Shown here: piece by piece, positions 1 to 9,312 of the stretch
Position numbering within the stretch: the stretch's first letter is position 1
Layout of the letters: each line of letters begins with the position of its first letter
DNA from: an uncultured Gemmatimonadales bacterium
GTDB taxonomy: Bacteria > Gemmatimonadota > Gemmatimonadetes > Gemmatimonadales > GWC2-71-9
Direction: 5' to 3'
DNA: 64,000 bases
Assembly (NCBI GenBank): GCA_963695555.1
Contig: CAVOGR010000005.1
Location: 192,001-256,000, forward strand
The notes under the pieces: generated by a model
Databases searched by the model: none
Seen by the model: only the letters and a program-made list of their open reading frames with translations
What the model was told of the DNA's origin: nothing
Made by a program: the position numbers and the translations under genes

Positions 1-412
1 TCGCAACATCGTTGCTCACAGTAGGTTCGCTCACCGCCACCACGACCCCCGCGCCAGTCAGCCGGCACGATTCCGGCTGGTTTGGCAGGCATCGTCGAAT
101 CTGATCCAGGCTTCCTGTTACACCACGGATTCGGGTCGCGAGCCTGCCGGCCATTGTCAGCGGGCGCTCTCCGTTCCAGCGATCGCAGGTACTCGCATCG
201 GTGCACAGGATGCGCGTGTCGAGCACCGCACGTCCAGGCGGGAGACTGTCGCGGATGGCATCCAGAACTGGAACAAGCATGTCGCTCGATTCGGCGGGTT
301 CCTGAGCCGTTATGGTAGACACCGCCCCGAGGGCACATACCAAGGAAAGGAGGAGAAATCCCAATCGCGAGCGCGAGGGCTCGAGCAGCTGCCTCACTGG
401 GAGGCCGGTCAT
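1..412 (-). CDS. Secreted hypothetical protein, runs off the window start (partial)
   Basis: Not in the ORF track. Manual translation from ATG 412 gives MTGLPVRQLLEPSRSRLGFLLLSLVCALGAVSTITAQEPAESS..., open to base 1, with a signal-peptide-like N-terminus. The ATG overlaps the upstream gene's TGA (ATGA, 409-412). Confidence 0.6.
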   Translation of the reverse strand, partial: MTGLPVRQLLEPSRSRLGFLLLSLVCALGAVSTITAQEPAESSDMLVPVLDAIRDSLPPGRAVLDTRILCTDASTCDRWNGERPLTMAGRLATRIRGVTGSLDQIRRCLPNQPESCRLTGAGVVVAVSEPTVSNDVA

Positions 413-885
413 CGTGTGCCGCATTGCACCTCCATCATGCTCGCGAGAAGTTCGCTGTTGGTATCGAAGGCAATGTGCGCGCCTTCGTGGGCCAGAGTTT
501 CGCCGACCATACCCGGTGTGTTGAAGGAGCCAGCCCAGATGTGGATTTCATTGAGCGAGCTGTGGTTGTCTCCCCAATTCCCGTCATCGGTATCATACAC
601 TTTGATGTCACTGCGCTCAACATACTCCATGAGCGTGGCCTGGATATTGGAGCAGGTCATCGCATCGATCGCACCCACAATCGCCTTCAATTCGGCCGCG
701 GTGGGCATGCGGGGTTTGCAGGTCGGGTCGCTGACGAGATCGCACCCATAGAACTCCGCACTCTTCAGGAACGAAGGTTCGAGTTGATCGTTCGCGGGCC
801 CGAGGTCCGTGCCGCACCCGCCGAGTGCGGCGAGCGTGAAGATGACGGCGAATGTCCATCGTCCCCGTTGTCCAACGTGTCGCAT
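409..885 (-). CDS. Putative lipoprotein with HExxH zinc-metallopeptidase motif
   Basis: Start set at ATG 885 after AAGGAG; lipobox-like LGGC; C-terminal ETLAHEGAH motif. Confidence 0.65.
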   Translation of the reverse strand: MRHVGQRGRWTFAVIFTLAALGGCGTDLGPANDQLEPSFLKSAEFYGCDLVSDPTCKPRMPTAAELKAIVGAIDAMTCSNIQATLMEYVERSDIKVYDTDDGNWGDNHSSLNEIHIWAGSFNTPGMVGETLAHEGAHIAFDTNSELLASMMEVQCGTR

Positions 886-1081
886 GGTGTGCTCCTTGTG
901 AGTGAAGACGTGTATGGCAACTCCGAGGAGCACATTTGCAACCTACCCTCAACTGACCCTCAACTCTCCCGACACGCCGCCGCCTGGGGAACGCACGAGA
1001 GCGGTTATCCGGTGCGCAGGAATTGTTACCGTCTGCGCGTTTGTGATTCCCAGCTCATACGGCCGTGTGCTAGCATGCACC

Positions 1082-2983
1082 GTGACGTCCGATCTCACGG
1101 CCCGGCTGGCGCTGGCCCGCGGCCTTCTCGCGCGCCACCTGGGCTACGCCGACTTTCGCCCGGCCCAACGGCGGGTGGTGCAATCCATCCTCGCAGGCCG
1201 AGACACGCTGGCCGTCCTACCGACGGGGGCGGGGAAGTCGGTGTGTTTTCAGATCCCGGCCATGGTCCTCGACGGCTTTACAGTCGTCGTATCGCCGCTC
1301 ATCTCCCTCATGCAAGACCAGGTGCAGGCGGCGGTGGCCCGCGGCATGCCGGCCGCTCTGCTCAACAGCACACTCGATCGACGCGCGCAGCAATCCGTCC
1401 TGGCAGCGGTCAGAGACGGGGCCGTCAAGCTGCTCTACGTCTCTCCGGAACGTCTCCCGCGGCTGACCGGCCAACTCCGGGAACTCGGCATGCGGCCGGG
1501 CCTCCTCGCCATCGACGAGGCCCACTGCATCGCGGAATGGGGTCACGACTTCCGGCCGAGCTACCGACAGCTTCGTCGAGCCCGGTATCTGCTCGGCCGG
1601 CCCCCAACCATCGCCCTCACCGGGAGTGCCACGCCTGAGGTGCGACAGGATATCGCCGCGTCGCTGGGGTTCGAAGCCGGCGGGCGGAGGTTCGACCTCC
1701 ACCTTGCCTCCTTCGACCGGGCCAATCTCTGGTTCGGAGTGCGGCGGCTGAAGCACGAGCGCGAGCGGCTCCGCCTGCTGCTCGACTTGCTCGACGGCGA
1801 CGATCGGATGGCCATCGTCTACGCGCCGACCCGGAATATTGCGGAGGGAATTACGCGCGGGCTCATCAGGGCCGGCTATTGCGCGGCCCCGTATCATGCG
1901 GGGCTCTCGAAGGACCTCCGCCGGAGGGTGTTGGATCGCTTCCTCGAGGACCGGCTCGAGGTGGTCGTGGCGACGTCGGCGTTCGGGATGGGCATCGACA
2001 AGCCGACGGTGCGGCTGGTGGTGCATTGGACCTTGCCGCCGACCGTGGAGTCCTACTATCAGGAAGCGGGGAGAGCCGGCCGTGACGGCGAGCTGTCCCG
2101 TTGCATCGTGCTCTACCGAAAGGGCGACACCACACTGCACCGGCGGCAGCTCGAGGTCACGTTTCCTTCCACTCGTCTGGTGGAGCGTGCCTGGCAGTCG
2201 CCCGATGGACGAGCGTGCCTGCCGGCGAATATCCTCGCCTCGGTCGACCGGCTCGAGCGGGAACTCAGACCCGATGGCGGACCGGTGGACTGGCGTGGCG
2301 TGCTCGAGCGGCGGCGGCGGGCCCAGGCGCGCCTTCGGGCGATGGAACGTTACGTCACAGCCCGCACATGTCGGCGGCGGGTGCTACTCGCCTACTTTGG
2401 CGAGCGGGCGTCCGGACGCTGCCAAGGGTGTGACCGATGCCGCCCCCCGGCGCCTGGCCGGCCATCCCATCCTGATGCGCGCCGCCGCTTCGCTCGCCTC
2501 ACGGCCGCGATAGGATCCCGGGGTGCCCCCTGGGGCGGGCGCCTTGTGAGCGGTACCACGCTTCGGGCGTTGGCCGAGTCGCCACCGGCGACGGCCGATG
2601 CGCTGGCGTCGTTTCCCGGCGTCGGTCCGGTGGTGGCCGAACGGTTGAGCGGGACCATCCTCTCAGCGCTCGGCTCCACTGATTTAATGGAAGAGGGCGT
2701 TGCGTGCGACTTCGCATTGCGCCGCCTCAGAGCATGGAGAGATGACGCCGCCCGAGCGATGAGTGTCCCACCCTACACGGTGATGCCGGACGCTGTGCTG
2801 CAGCGGATAGTTCGGGCGGCACCCCGGACCCGTGCTGAGTTGAGCCGGATTGCTGGACTTGGCCCAAGGGTCATCATGGCATTCGGCGAGGAGATTGTCG
2901 AGCTGTGCCGAAGTCCGGAGGGTACAACGAAGGCCTCACCGGAGATGGCAGGAAGGTCGGGTGGTGCGGCGCCGAGGGAGTAG
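1082..2983 (+). CDS. recQ: RecQ family ATP-dependent DNA helicase with C-terminal HRDC-like domains
   Basis: PTGAGKS Walker A, DEAHC..WGHDFRP, AFGMGIDK, YYQEAGRAGRDG, zinc-binding CRR..C..CDRC; start estimated at GTG 1082. Confidence 0.92.
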   Translation: MTSDLTARLALARGLLARHLGYADFRPAQRRVVQSILAGRDTLAVLPTGAGKSVCFQIPAMVLDGFTVVVSPLISLMQDQVQAAVARGMPAALLNSTLDRRAQQSVLAAVRDGAVKLLYVSPERLPRLTGQLRELGMRPGLLAIDEAHCIAEWGHDFRPSYRQLRRARYLLGRPPTIALTGSATPEVRQDIAASLGFEAGGRRFDLHLASFDRANLWFGVRRLKHERERLRLLLDLLDGDDRMAIVYAPTRNIAEGITRGLIRAGYCAAPYHAGLSKDLRRRVLDRFLEDRLEVVVATSAFGMGIDKPTVRLVVHWTLPPTVESYYQEAGRAGRDGELSRCIVLYRKGDTTLHRRQLEVTFPSTRLVERAWQSPDGRACLPANILASVDRLERELRPDGGPVDWRGVLERRRRAQARLRAMERYVTARTCRRRVLLAYFGERASGRCQGCDRCRPPAPGRPSHPDARRRFARLTAAIGSRGAPWGGRLVSGTTLRALAESPPATADALASFPGVGPVVAERLSGTILSALGSTDLMEEGVACDFALRRLRAWRDDAARAMSVPPYTVMPDAVLQRIVRAAPRTRAELSRIAGLGPRVIMAFGEEIVELCRSPEGTTKASPEMAGRSGGAAPRE

Positions 2984-3003
2984 TCGCGACTTCGTGCTGT
3001 TCT

Positions 3004-3282
3004 TTAGTTCTCGCTACCCGCAGGATCGCGGCGGTGCGCAATCTCGCGCCGTGCGTGTCGGAACCGGACGATGCCCAATAGCAGGGTGACGACTGCACAT
3101 GCGATGCCGGCCCAGCCGAGCCAGATCAAGGCCGGCGACTCGAAGAGATGCACCAGGCCGATGCCGGTGGCCCCGAATGCGACCGCGGTGCGTCCATATG
3201 CGAGAATGGTCCGCTCATTTGCGAGTTCGGTTCGGATCATGGCCAGGCGATCCCGAACCAGGGTATCCAAATTCTGCTCCAT
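3004..3282 (-). CDS. DUF202 (YidH-like) small membrane protein
   Basis: RDRLA..RTELANERT.LAYGRT motif followed by two hydrophobic segments. Confidence 0.85.
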   Translation of the reverse strand: MEQNLDTLVRDRLAMIRTELANERTILAYGRTAVAFGATGIGLVHLFESPALIWLGWAGIACAVVTLLLGIVRFRHARREIAHRRDPAGSEN

Positions 3283-3445
3283 CGCGGCTCCTTAGAGAGG
3301 CTCGGGTCAGCCAACCCGGGAAAGCTAACCGCGGCAGACTATGCGCGCCGTCGCCCGGTCGTGTGAGCCGTCTCACCGCCGGTGCGGGCGGACATTAATT
3401 ATCTTGCGCCACTCCACCAACTGTCTCACTGAGTCCGGATGCACC

Positions 3446-4912
3446 ATGAGGATGCCCACTATTACACCGCTCAGCCTGCTCCTCCTTTTCGCCTGCGCAA
3501 GTGACACAACCAGCCCCGTGCCCCCGGCCGTGCTGACGCTCGCCGTATCGCCCGCCGGGCGGCATGCATCTGTTGCAAGCGGCAGTACGACCCCCGTGCC
3601 GGACTCCACCGACGTTTTGCTCACCGGCCCCGGCGCGAGTGCCGCAACATGGAATGTCACGCACTCCGGGCAGGCGACCTGGGTGACCCTGACGGCCGCT
3701 AGCGGCACGGGCAGCGGAACGATCCGGTGGACCCGTGACCCTACAGGCCTTCCGGACGGCAGCTATGTCGACACCCTGACCGTGACGGTGGCCGGTGCCT
3801 CGGGGAGTCCCGCTCGAGTGGTCGATACGCTCGTGATCGGCTCGGCTCCCGTCGCGCCTTCACTTGCACTCGTGGCATCGGGCCTCTCAACCCCGCTCTT
3901 TCTCACCGCCCCGCCCGGAGACAATTCGCGTTTCTTCATTGTTGAGAAACTCGGCCGCATCCGGATCGTCAAGAACGGCACCCTGCTCGGCACCCCGTTC
4001 CTCGATATCAGTTCGCAGGTCTCCGGCGGGGGCGAGCAGGGCTTGCTGGGCCTGGCGTTTCATCCGCAATACGCGCAGAACGGCATCTTCGTCGTGAATT
4101 ACACCAACCAGGCCGGCGACACCCGGGTATCGCGCTTCACGGTCTCGGCCAACCCCGACCTCGCCGACGGCGGGAGCGAGCAGGTGATCCTGGCCGTTGC
4201 TCAACCGTTCGCAAACCACAACGGCGGCATGCTGGCCTTCGGACCGGATGGATACTTGTATGTTGGGCTGGGAGATGGTGGTTCCGGGGGCGACCCGCAA
4301 GGGAACGGCCAGGATCGGACGACCTTGCTCGGATCAATTCTCCGGCTGGACCTCGACGGTGCCGCCCCGTACGCGATTCCCCCAACCAATCCCTACGCCT
4401 CGAGTCAGACGTTCCAGCGGGAAATCTGGGCCTACGGCGTCCGGAATCCCTGGCGGTTCAGTTTCGACCGGACGACCGGTGATCTCTACATCGGTGACGT
4501 AGGACAAGGTGCCCGGGAAGAGATCGACTTCCAGGCCGCATCGAGCATGGGTGGGGAGAACTACGGTTGGAACATCATGGAAGGCGCCATCTGCTTCAGT
4601 CCGAGCAGCGGGTGCAATCAAACGGACCTGACGCTTCCGGTACTGGACTACGACCATTCCCAGGGGTGTTCGGTCACCGGAGGGCATGTCTACCGCGGTG
4701 CCGCTGTCCCTGCGCTCCTTGGCCGCTATCTCTATGCGGATTGGTGCCAGGGATGGGTTCGAACCTTCCGAATCCAGGGCAGACAGGCTGTGGAACACGA
4801 GGAGTGGCCAACCCTGGCGCCCGGCGGTTCGATCACGAGCTTCGGGGAGGACGCCCAGGGCGAAGTATACATTCTGGTCGGGTCGGGTTCGGTGTACCGT
4901 ATCGTGCCCTGA
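3446..4912 (+). CDS. PQQ-dependent glucose/sorbosone dehydrogenase family lipoprotein with N-terminal Ig-like (BACON-type) domain
   Basis: Lipobox LFAC; GEQGLLGLAFHP, NHNGG.LAFGPDG.LY...GDGG and G.RNPWR motifs. Confidence 0.88.
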   Translation: MRMPTITPLSLLLLFACASDTTSPVPPAVLTLAVSPAGRHASVASGSTTPVPDSTDVLLTGPGASAATWNVTHSGQATWVTLTAASGTGSGTIRWTRDPTGLPDGSYVDTLTVTVAGASGSPARVVDTLVIGSAPVAPSLALVASGLSTPLFLTAPPGDNSRFFIVEKLGRIRIVKNGTLLGTPFLDISSQVSGGGEQGLLGLAFHPQYAQNGIFVVNYTNQAGDTRVSRFTVSANPDLADGGSEQVILAVAQPFANHNGGMLAFGPDGYLYVGLGDGGSGGDPQGNGQDRTTLLGSILRLDLDGAAPYAIPPTNPYASSQTFQREIWAYGVRNPWRFSFDRTTGDLYIGDVGQGAREEIDFQAASSMGGENYGWNIMEGAICFSPSSGCNQTDLTLPVLDYDHSQGCSVTGGHVYRGAAVPALLGRYLYADWCQGWVRTFRIQGRQAVEHEEWPTLAPGGSITSFGEDAQGEVYILVGSGSVYRIVP

Positions 4913-5045
4913 ACGGCACTCGAGATGTCGGTGACAACCTCTTTTCCTGCAAGAGGTTGACAACCTTTCCCGTCAGTCTCACCTTGTGAAGGACCGGTCT
5001 CCGCGAGCCAGACGCGACCGGTCCTTCTCTTTTCCAAATGGTCCA

Positions 5046-6506
5046 ATGGCAACCAAGAAGACGACGACACTCAAGAACTACATCGGCGGCGAGTGGGTCC
5101 CGTCGCAGGCCACCGAGTACCTCGACATCACCAACCCCGCCGCCGGAACAGCGCTCGGGCAGGTTCCGCTCTCGCCATCGCGTGACGTCGACCAGGCGGT
5201 GGCCGCGGCCCAGCACGCATTTCTCACCTGGCGTGAGGTCCCACCCGTTGTACGGGCCCGCTACCTCTTCGGCTTCAAGGCCCTCATGGAAGAGCATTTC
5301 GAAGAGCTGGCGGCTACGGTGACCCGCGAGAACGGGAAGATCCTGAGCGAGTCGCGCGGCTCCGTCCGGCGTGGCATCGAGAACGTCGAGCATGCCTGCG
5401 GCATCCCCACCCTCATGATGGGCCGAACGCTCGAGGACATCGCCACTGGGATCGATTGCGAGTACATCCGGCAACCACTCGGTGTGTTCGCGGCGGTCAC
5501 GCCGTTCAACTTTCCCGCGATGGTGCCGCTCTGGTTCTGGCCTTACGCCATTGCCACGGGCAACACCTTCATTCTCAAGCCGAGCGAGCAGGTACCGTTC
5601 TCGCCGACTCGCATCGTCGAGTTGGCGCATGAGGCAGGGATACCGCCGGGCGTCTTGAACCTGGTGCACGGCGGGAAGGATGCCGTCAACGCTCTCCTGG
5701 CCCATCCTGGTATCGCCGGCATCTCCTTCGTCGGGTCGTCCCCGGTGGCCCGGCACGTGTATCAGGAGGCAGCCAGAACCGGCAAGCGGGTGCAGGCGCT
5801 CGGCGGCGCCAAGAACCACATCGTCATCATGCCGGATGCCGACCTCGCTCAGAGCGTCGAGAACGTGACCGAGTCGATCTTCGGCTGTGCCGGTCAGCGG
5901 TGCCTGGCGGGCAGCGTGGTGGTCGCCACCGGGAAGGCCTACGAGCCGTTCCGCGACCGGCTGGTCGATGCCGCCTCGAGCCTCAAGCTCGGAAACGGAA
6001 TGGATGCGGACGTGACGATGGGGCCCGTCGTGTCTCGCCGCCACAAGGAGCGTGTGCTCGGCTACGTCGACGCGGGCGAGGCCGAAGGGGCGAAATTGTT
6101 ACTGGACGGCCGAGGCACCAGGGTCGCAAGCTATCCGGACGGCCATTTCGTCGGGCCTACAGTGTTCGACGGGGTGGACCCGGATATGACCATCGGGCAC
6201 GAGGAGATCTTCGGCCCCGTAGCCTCGGTCACCCAGGTGGGCGACCTGGACCAGGCCGTTCAGATGATCCAGCGCTCCGGCTTCGCCAACGCCACCTCGA
6301 TCTTTACTACGAGTGGCAAGGCAGCGCGTGAGTTCCGCTACCGGGTTGGGGTGAGCATGATCGGCGTCAACATCGGGGTAGCGGCGCCCATGGCGTTCTT
6401 CCCGTTCGGCGGCACCAAGGGCTCCTTCTACGGGGACTTGAAGGCACATGGCTCGGACTCGATCGAGTTCTACACGGACAAGAAAGTCGTGATCTCGAGG
6501 TGGTGA
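5046..6506 (+). CDS. mmsA: CoA-acylating (methyl)malonate-semialdehyde dehydrogenase
   Basis: PFNFPAMVP, KRVQALGGAKNH, AGQRCLA, EEIFGPV motifs; pyrimidine/beta-alanine catabolic context. Confidence 0.9.
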   Translation: MATKKTTTLKNYIGGEWVPSQATEYLDITNPAAGTALGQVPLSPSRDVDQAVAAAQHAFLTWREVPPVVRARYLFGFKALMEEHFEELAATVTRENGKILSESRGSVRRGIENVEHACGIPTLMMGRTLEDIATGIDCEYIRQPLGVFAAVTPFNFPAMVPLWFWPYAIATGNTFILKPSEQVPFSPTRIVELAHEAGIPPGVLNLVHGGKDAVNALLAHPGIAGISFVGSSPVARHVYQEAARTGKRVQALGGAKNHIVIMPDADLAQSVENVTESIFGCAGQRCLAGSVVVATGKAYEPFRDRLVDAASSLKLGNGMDADVTMGPVVSRRHKERVLGYVDAGEAEGAKLLLDGRGTRVASYPDGHFVGPTVFDGVDPDMTIGHEEIFGPVASVTQVGDLDQAVQMIQRSGFANATSIFTTSGKAAREFRYRVGVSMIGVNIGVAAPMAFFPFGGTKGSFYGDLKAHGSDSIEFYTDKKVVISRW

Positions 6507-6570
6507 GGGATGTGGGGGTGTAGGGGTGTAGGGGTGTAGGGGTGTAGGAAATAGGCGGTAGGATATTAGG
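6507..6570 (+). repeat. G-rich short tandem repeat arm (GGGGTGTA)x4 plus degenerate TAGG units
   Basis: GGGGTGTA x4 at 6515-6546 followed by ggaaata ggcggta ggatatta gg, directly after the mmsA stop. Confidence 0.9.
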
Positions 6571-6925
6571 AGGGATGACGAAGAGAGCGAAGTAAGCCTG
6601 TTACGAGCCGCATCACGTGTCCGGTCGCGGCAGTGACCTGCTCTGAGGTCTGAGGGGAAAGATAGTTCAGTTCAGATGCCAGGGCCGTGAGGCATTCGAC
6701 CTCGGCAGCCGAGGCCAAAGCGATCCGCAGGTGGCGGCGAAACAGACCCGGGGTATTGAGGGCATAGCCCTCAACGATATTGGCCTCGACGGAAACGGCC
6801 GCTCGTCTGATTTGGTCGAAGAGTATCCGAGCGCGTGGATGATACGCCGCGTCCGTCGTCCGCATCGTGAGCACAGCGAGCCCGTGCGCGCGCTGCCATG
6901 CCTTGAGTGATTTATACTTGTCCAT
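6566..6925 (-). CDS. Four helix bundle protein (23S rRNA intervening-sequence protein family)
   Basis: L.AWQRA...QIRRAAVSVEANIVEGY...F.RHLRIALASAAE signature; 119 aa; antisense within an operon. Confidence 0.9.
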   Translation of the reverse strand: MDKYKSLKAWQRAHGLAVLTMRTTDAAYHPRARILFDQIRRAAVSVEANIVEGYALNTPGLFRRHLRIALASAAEVECLTALASELNYLSPQTSEQVTAATGHVMRLVTGLLRSLRHPS

Positions 6926-6995
6926 TGAGGTAGGATGTCGATGGTGGATGATAGGTGGAGCATCAAATCTCCCGGGCTCAGTCCATTCTGACGCA

Positions 6996-7033
6996 CCTAC
7001 TTCCTACCGCCTACGTCCTATTTCCTGTCACCC
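6996..7033 (+). repeat. C-rich heptamer arm (CCTACnn), inverse of the 6507-6570 arm
   Basis: cctactt cctaccg cctacgt cctattt cctgtca; contains reverse complements of cggtagg and ggaaatagg of the left arm. Confidence 0.8.
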
Positions 7034-7048
7034 GTATCTCGAGGTCTC

Positions 7049-7918
7049 ATGCGTAAGGTTATTGGCGGCCTCATCCAACTCTCCAACCCCATCAACGATC
7101 CTGACGCGTCCGTTTCCAAGATCCGGCAGGCGATGACGGAGAAGCACCTGCCGTTTATCGAAGAGGCGGGGAAGCGGGGCGTCCAGATTCTGTGCCTGCA
7201 GGAGATGTTCAACGGTCCCTATTTCTGTCCCAGCCAGGACAGCAAGTGGTGCGACATTGCCGAGCCCATTCCGGGCCCCACCATCGAGCTGATGCAGGGA
7301 ATCGCGAAGAAGCACGGCATGGTCATGATCGTCCCAATCTACGAACGGGAGATGGCCGGGGTGTATTACAACGCCGCCGCGGTGATCGATGCCGATGGTA
7401 CGTACCTGGGCAAGTACCGGAAGAACCACATCCCACACACATCGGGATTTTGGGAGAAGTTCTTCTTCAAGCCCGGCAACCTGGGATACCCGACATTCAA
7501 GACGCGCTACGCCACGATCGGGGTGTACATCTGCTACGACCGGCACTTTCCCGAGGGCGCCCGCCTGCTTGGCCTCAACGGCGCGGAGATCGTCTTCAAC
7601 CCGTCCGCCACGGTCAAGGGGTTGTCGCAGTATCTCTGGAAGCTGGAGCAGCCGGCCCACGCCGTCGCCAACGGGTACTTCATGGGATGCATCAACCGGG
7701 TCGGCACCGAAGCCCCGTGGAACATCGGCGAATTCTACGGCACCAGCTATTTCGTCGATCCGCGCGGGGCCACTCTGGCCGAGGGCAGCGAGGACCAGGA
7801 CGAGCTAGTCGTGGCAGAGATGGATCTCGACATGATCGAAGAAGTGCGGCGGACCTGGCAGTTCTTCCGGGACCGCCGGCCGGATACATACCAGGACATG
7901 GTGGAGCAACTGCCCTAG
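7049..7918 (+). CDS. Beta-ureidopropionase (nitrilase-family N-carbamoyl-beta-alanine amidohydrolase)
   Basis: LQE.FNGPYFC, KYRKNHIP and ICYDRHFPE carry the nitrilase E-K-C triad; preTA context. Confidence 0.88.
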   Translation: MRKVIGGLIQLSNPINDPDASVSKIRQAMTEKHLPFIEEAGKRGVQILCLQEMFNGPYFCPSQDSKWCDIAEPIPGPTIELMQGIAKKHGMVMIVPIYEREMAGVYYNAAAVIDADGTYLGKYRKNHIPHTSGFWEKFFFKPGNLGYPTFKTRYATIGVYICYDRHFPEGARLLGLNGAEIVFNPSATVKGLSQYLWKLEQPAHAVANGYFMGCINRVGTEAPWNIGEFYGTSYFVDPRGATLAEGSEDQDELVVAEMDLDMIEEVRRTWQFFRDRRPDTYQDMVEQLP

Positions 7919-7988
7919 GGAGTCGGGAGCAGGGAGTGGAGAGTAGGAGCACGCGCTGGCAAACCTACTCCCTACTCCCTACTCCCCC
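7916..7988 (+). repeat. Inverted heptamer repeat pair (TAGGGAG-like / CCTACTC) forming an intergenic hairpin
   Basis: tagggag tcgggag cagggag tggagag taggag ... cctactc cctactc cctactc cc. Confidence 0.85.
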
Positions 7989-8025
7989 AGTTTTCCTCGT
8001 CCCTCACCCCTGCTTCGGATCAAAC

Positions 8026-9312
8026 ATGGACTCCGCAACCGCGCGCGCCAAGCACAAGGAATTTCTGTTCCCGTGTGTTGCCACGTACTACGAGGAGCCG
8101 GTGGTCTTGACGGCGGGGCAGGGCTGCTGCGTTCGCGATGCCGATGGCCGTGAGTATCTCGACTTCTTCGGGGGGATCGTCACCCTCGGCCTGGGGCACA
8201 GCCACCCCCACGTGGTGCAACGGGTGCAGGAACAGATCGCCCGGCTGGAGCACACCTCGAGCCTGTACGTGACGCAGGAGCAGATCCGCGTCGCTGAGCG
8301 GCTGGCATCCATGACACCGGGCAAGCTCAAGAAGAGCTTCTTCACCACGAGCGGGACCGAGGCGGACGAGACCGCCATTCTCCTGGCCAAGATCTTCACC
8401 GGCAGCCAGGAGATCATCGTCCTCCGCCACAGCTACGCTGGGCGGAGCCTCCAGGCCATCGCAATCACCGGCCACAGCCCCTGGCGGCTCATCCCCGCGC
8501 AGGTCCCCGGCATCAAGCACGGGCTGTCGCCCTATTGCTACCGGTGTCCCCTCGGATTGACCTATCCGTCCTGCGAAGTGAAGTGTGCCCAGGACCTGGA
8601 AGAGCTCATCCGCACCGCGACCAACGGCAAACCAGCCGCCTTCATGGCGGAGCCGATCCAGGGTGTCGGCGGCTTCATTACGCCGCCGAAGGAGTACTTC
8701 GAGATCGCGGTTGGCATCATTCGTAAGTACGGTGGCGTGTTCATCTGCGACGAAGTCCAGACCGGATTCGGTCGCACCGGTGACCATTGGTGCGGCATCG
8801 AGCATTGGGGGGTCGAGCCTGAGATCATGACCTTCGCCAAGAGTATCGCCAACGGATTCCCGGTGGGCGCCACCATCGCGACGGACGACGTGGCCGGCGC
8901 CTTCACCGGGCTCTCGCTCTCGACGTTCGGCGGGAATCCGATCTCGATGGCGGCTGCGGAGGCCACGCTGGAAACCATGGAAGGCGAGGATGTGCCCCGG
9001 CGCTCCGCGGCACGCGGCGCCCAACTTCGCCGAGCCCTGGAAGCGTTCCGCGAACAATACGCGTTCATCGGAGACGTGCGCGGTATGGGCCTGATGCAGG
9101 CCATCGAGCTGGTGGAGGACCGGCAGACCAAGGAGCCGTCAGCGAAACGGACCGCCCAATTCCACGAGGCGGCCAAGCGGCAGGGGCTCCTGATCGGGAA
9201 GGGCGGTCTCTATGGCAATGTCATCCGGCTGGCGCCGTCCATGCTGGTGACCGAGAGCGAGATCGATGACGGGATACGGCGGATGGGCTTGGCGCTGGCG
9301 GAGGTGAAGTGA
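8026..9312 (+). CDS. Class III aminotransferase (beta-alanine-pyruvate / AGXT2-like)
   Basis: YLDFFGG, AEPIQGVGG, DEVQTGFGRTG, TFAKSIANG; start at MDSATARAKH (ATG 8026), not the extended ORF. Confidence 0.88.
   Translation: MDSATARAKHKEFLFPCVATYYEEPVVLTAGQGCCVRDADGREYLDFFGGIVTLGLGHSHPHVVQRVQEQIARLEHTSSLYVTQEQIRVAERLASMTPGKLKKSFFTTSGTEADETAILLAKIFTGSQEIIVLRHSYAGRSLQAIAITGHSPWRLIPAQVPGIKHGLSPYCYRCPLGLTYPSCEVKCAQDLEELIRTATNGKPAAFMAEPIQGVGGFITPPKEYFEIAVGIIRKYGGVFICDEVQTGFGRTGDHWCGIEHWGVEPEIMTFAKSIANGFPVGATIATDDVAGAFTGLSLSTFGGNPISMAAAEATLETMEGEDVPRRSAARGAQLRRALEAFREQYAFIGDVRGMGLMQAIELVEDRQTKEPSAKRTAQFHEAAKRQGLLIGKGGLYGNVIRLAPSMLVTESEIDDGIRRMGLALAEVK

Noticed and set aside
6566..6925. Four-helix bundle as Avd of a diversity-generating retroelement
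   Set aside because: No reverse transcriptase and no template/variable repeat pair with adenine-specific mismatches was seen in the window.
7192..8025. 706-aa extended aminotransferase ORF
   Set aside because: The extension overlaps the ureidopropionase in another frame and reads through the repeat; homology begins at ATG 8026.
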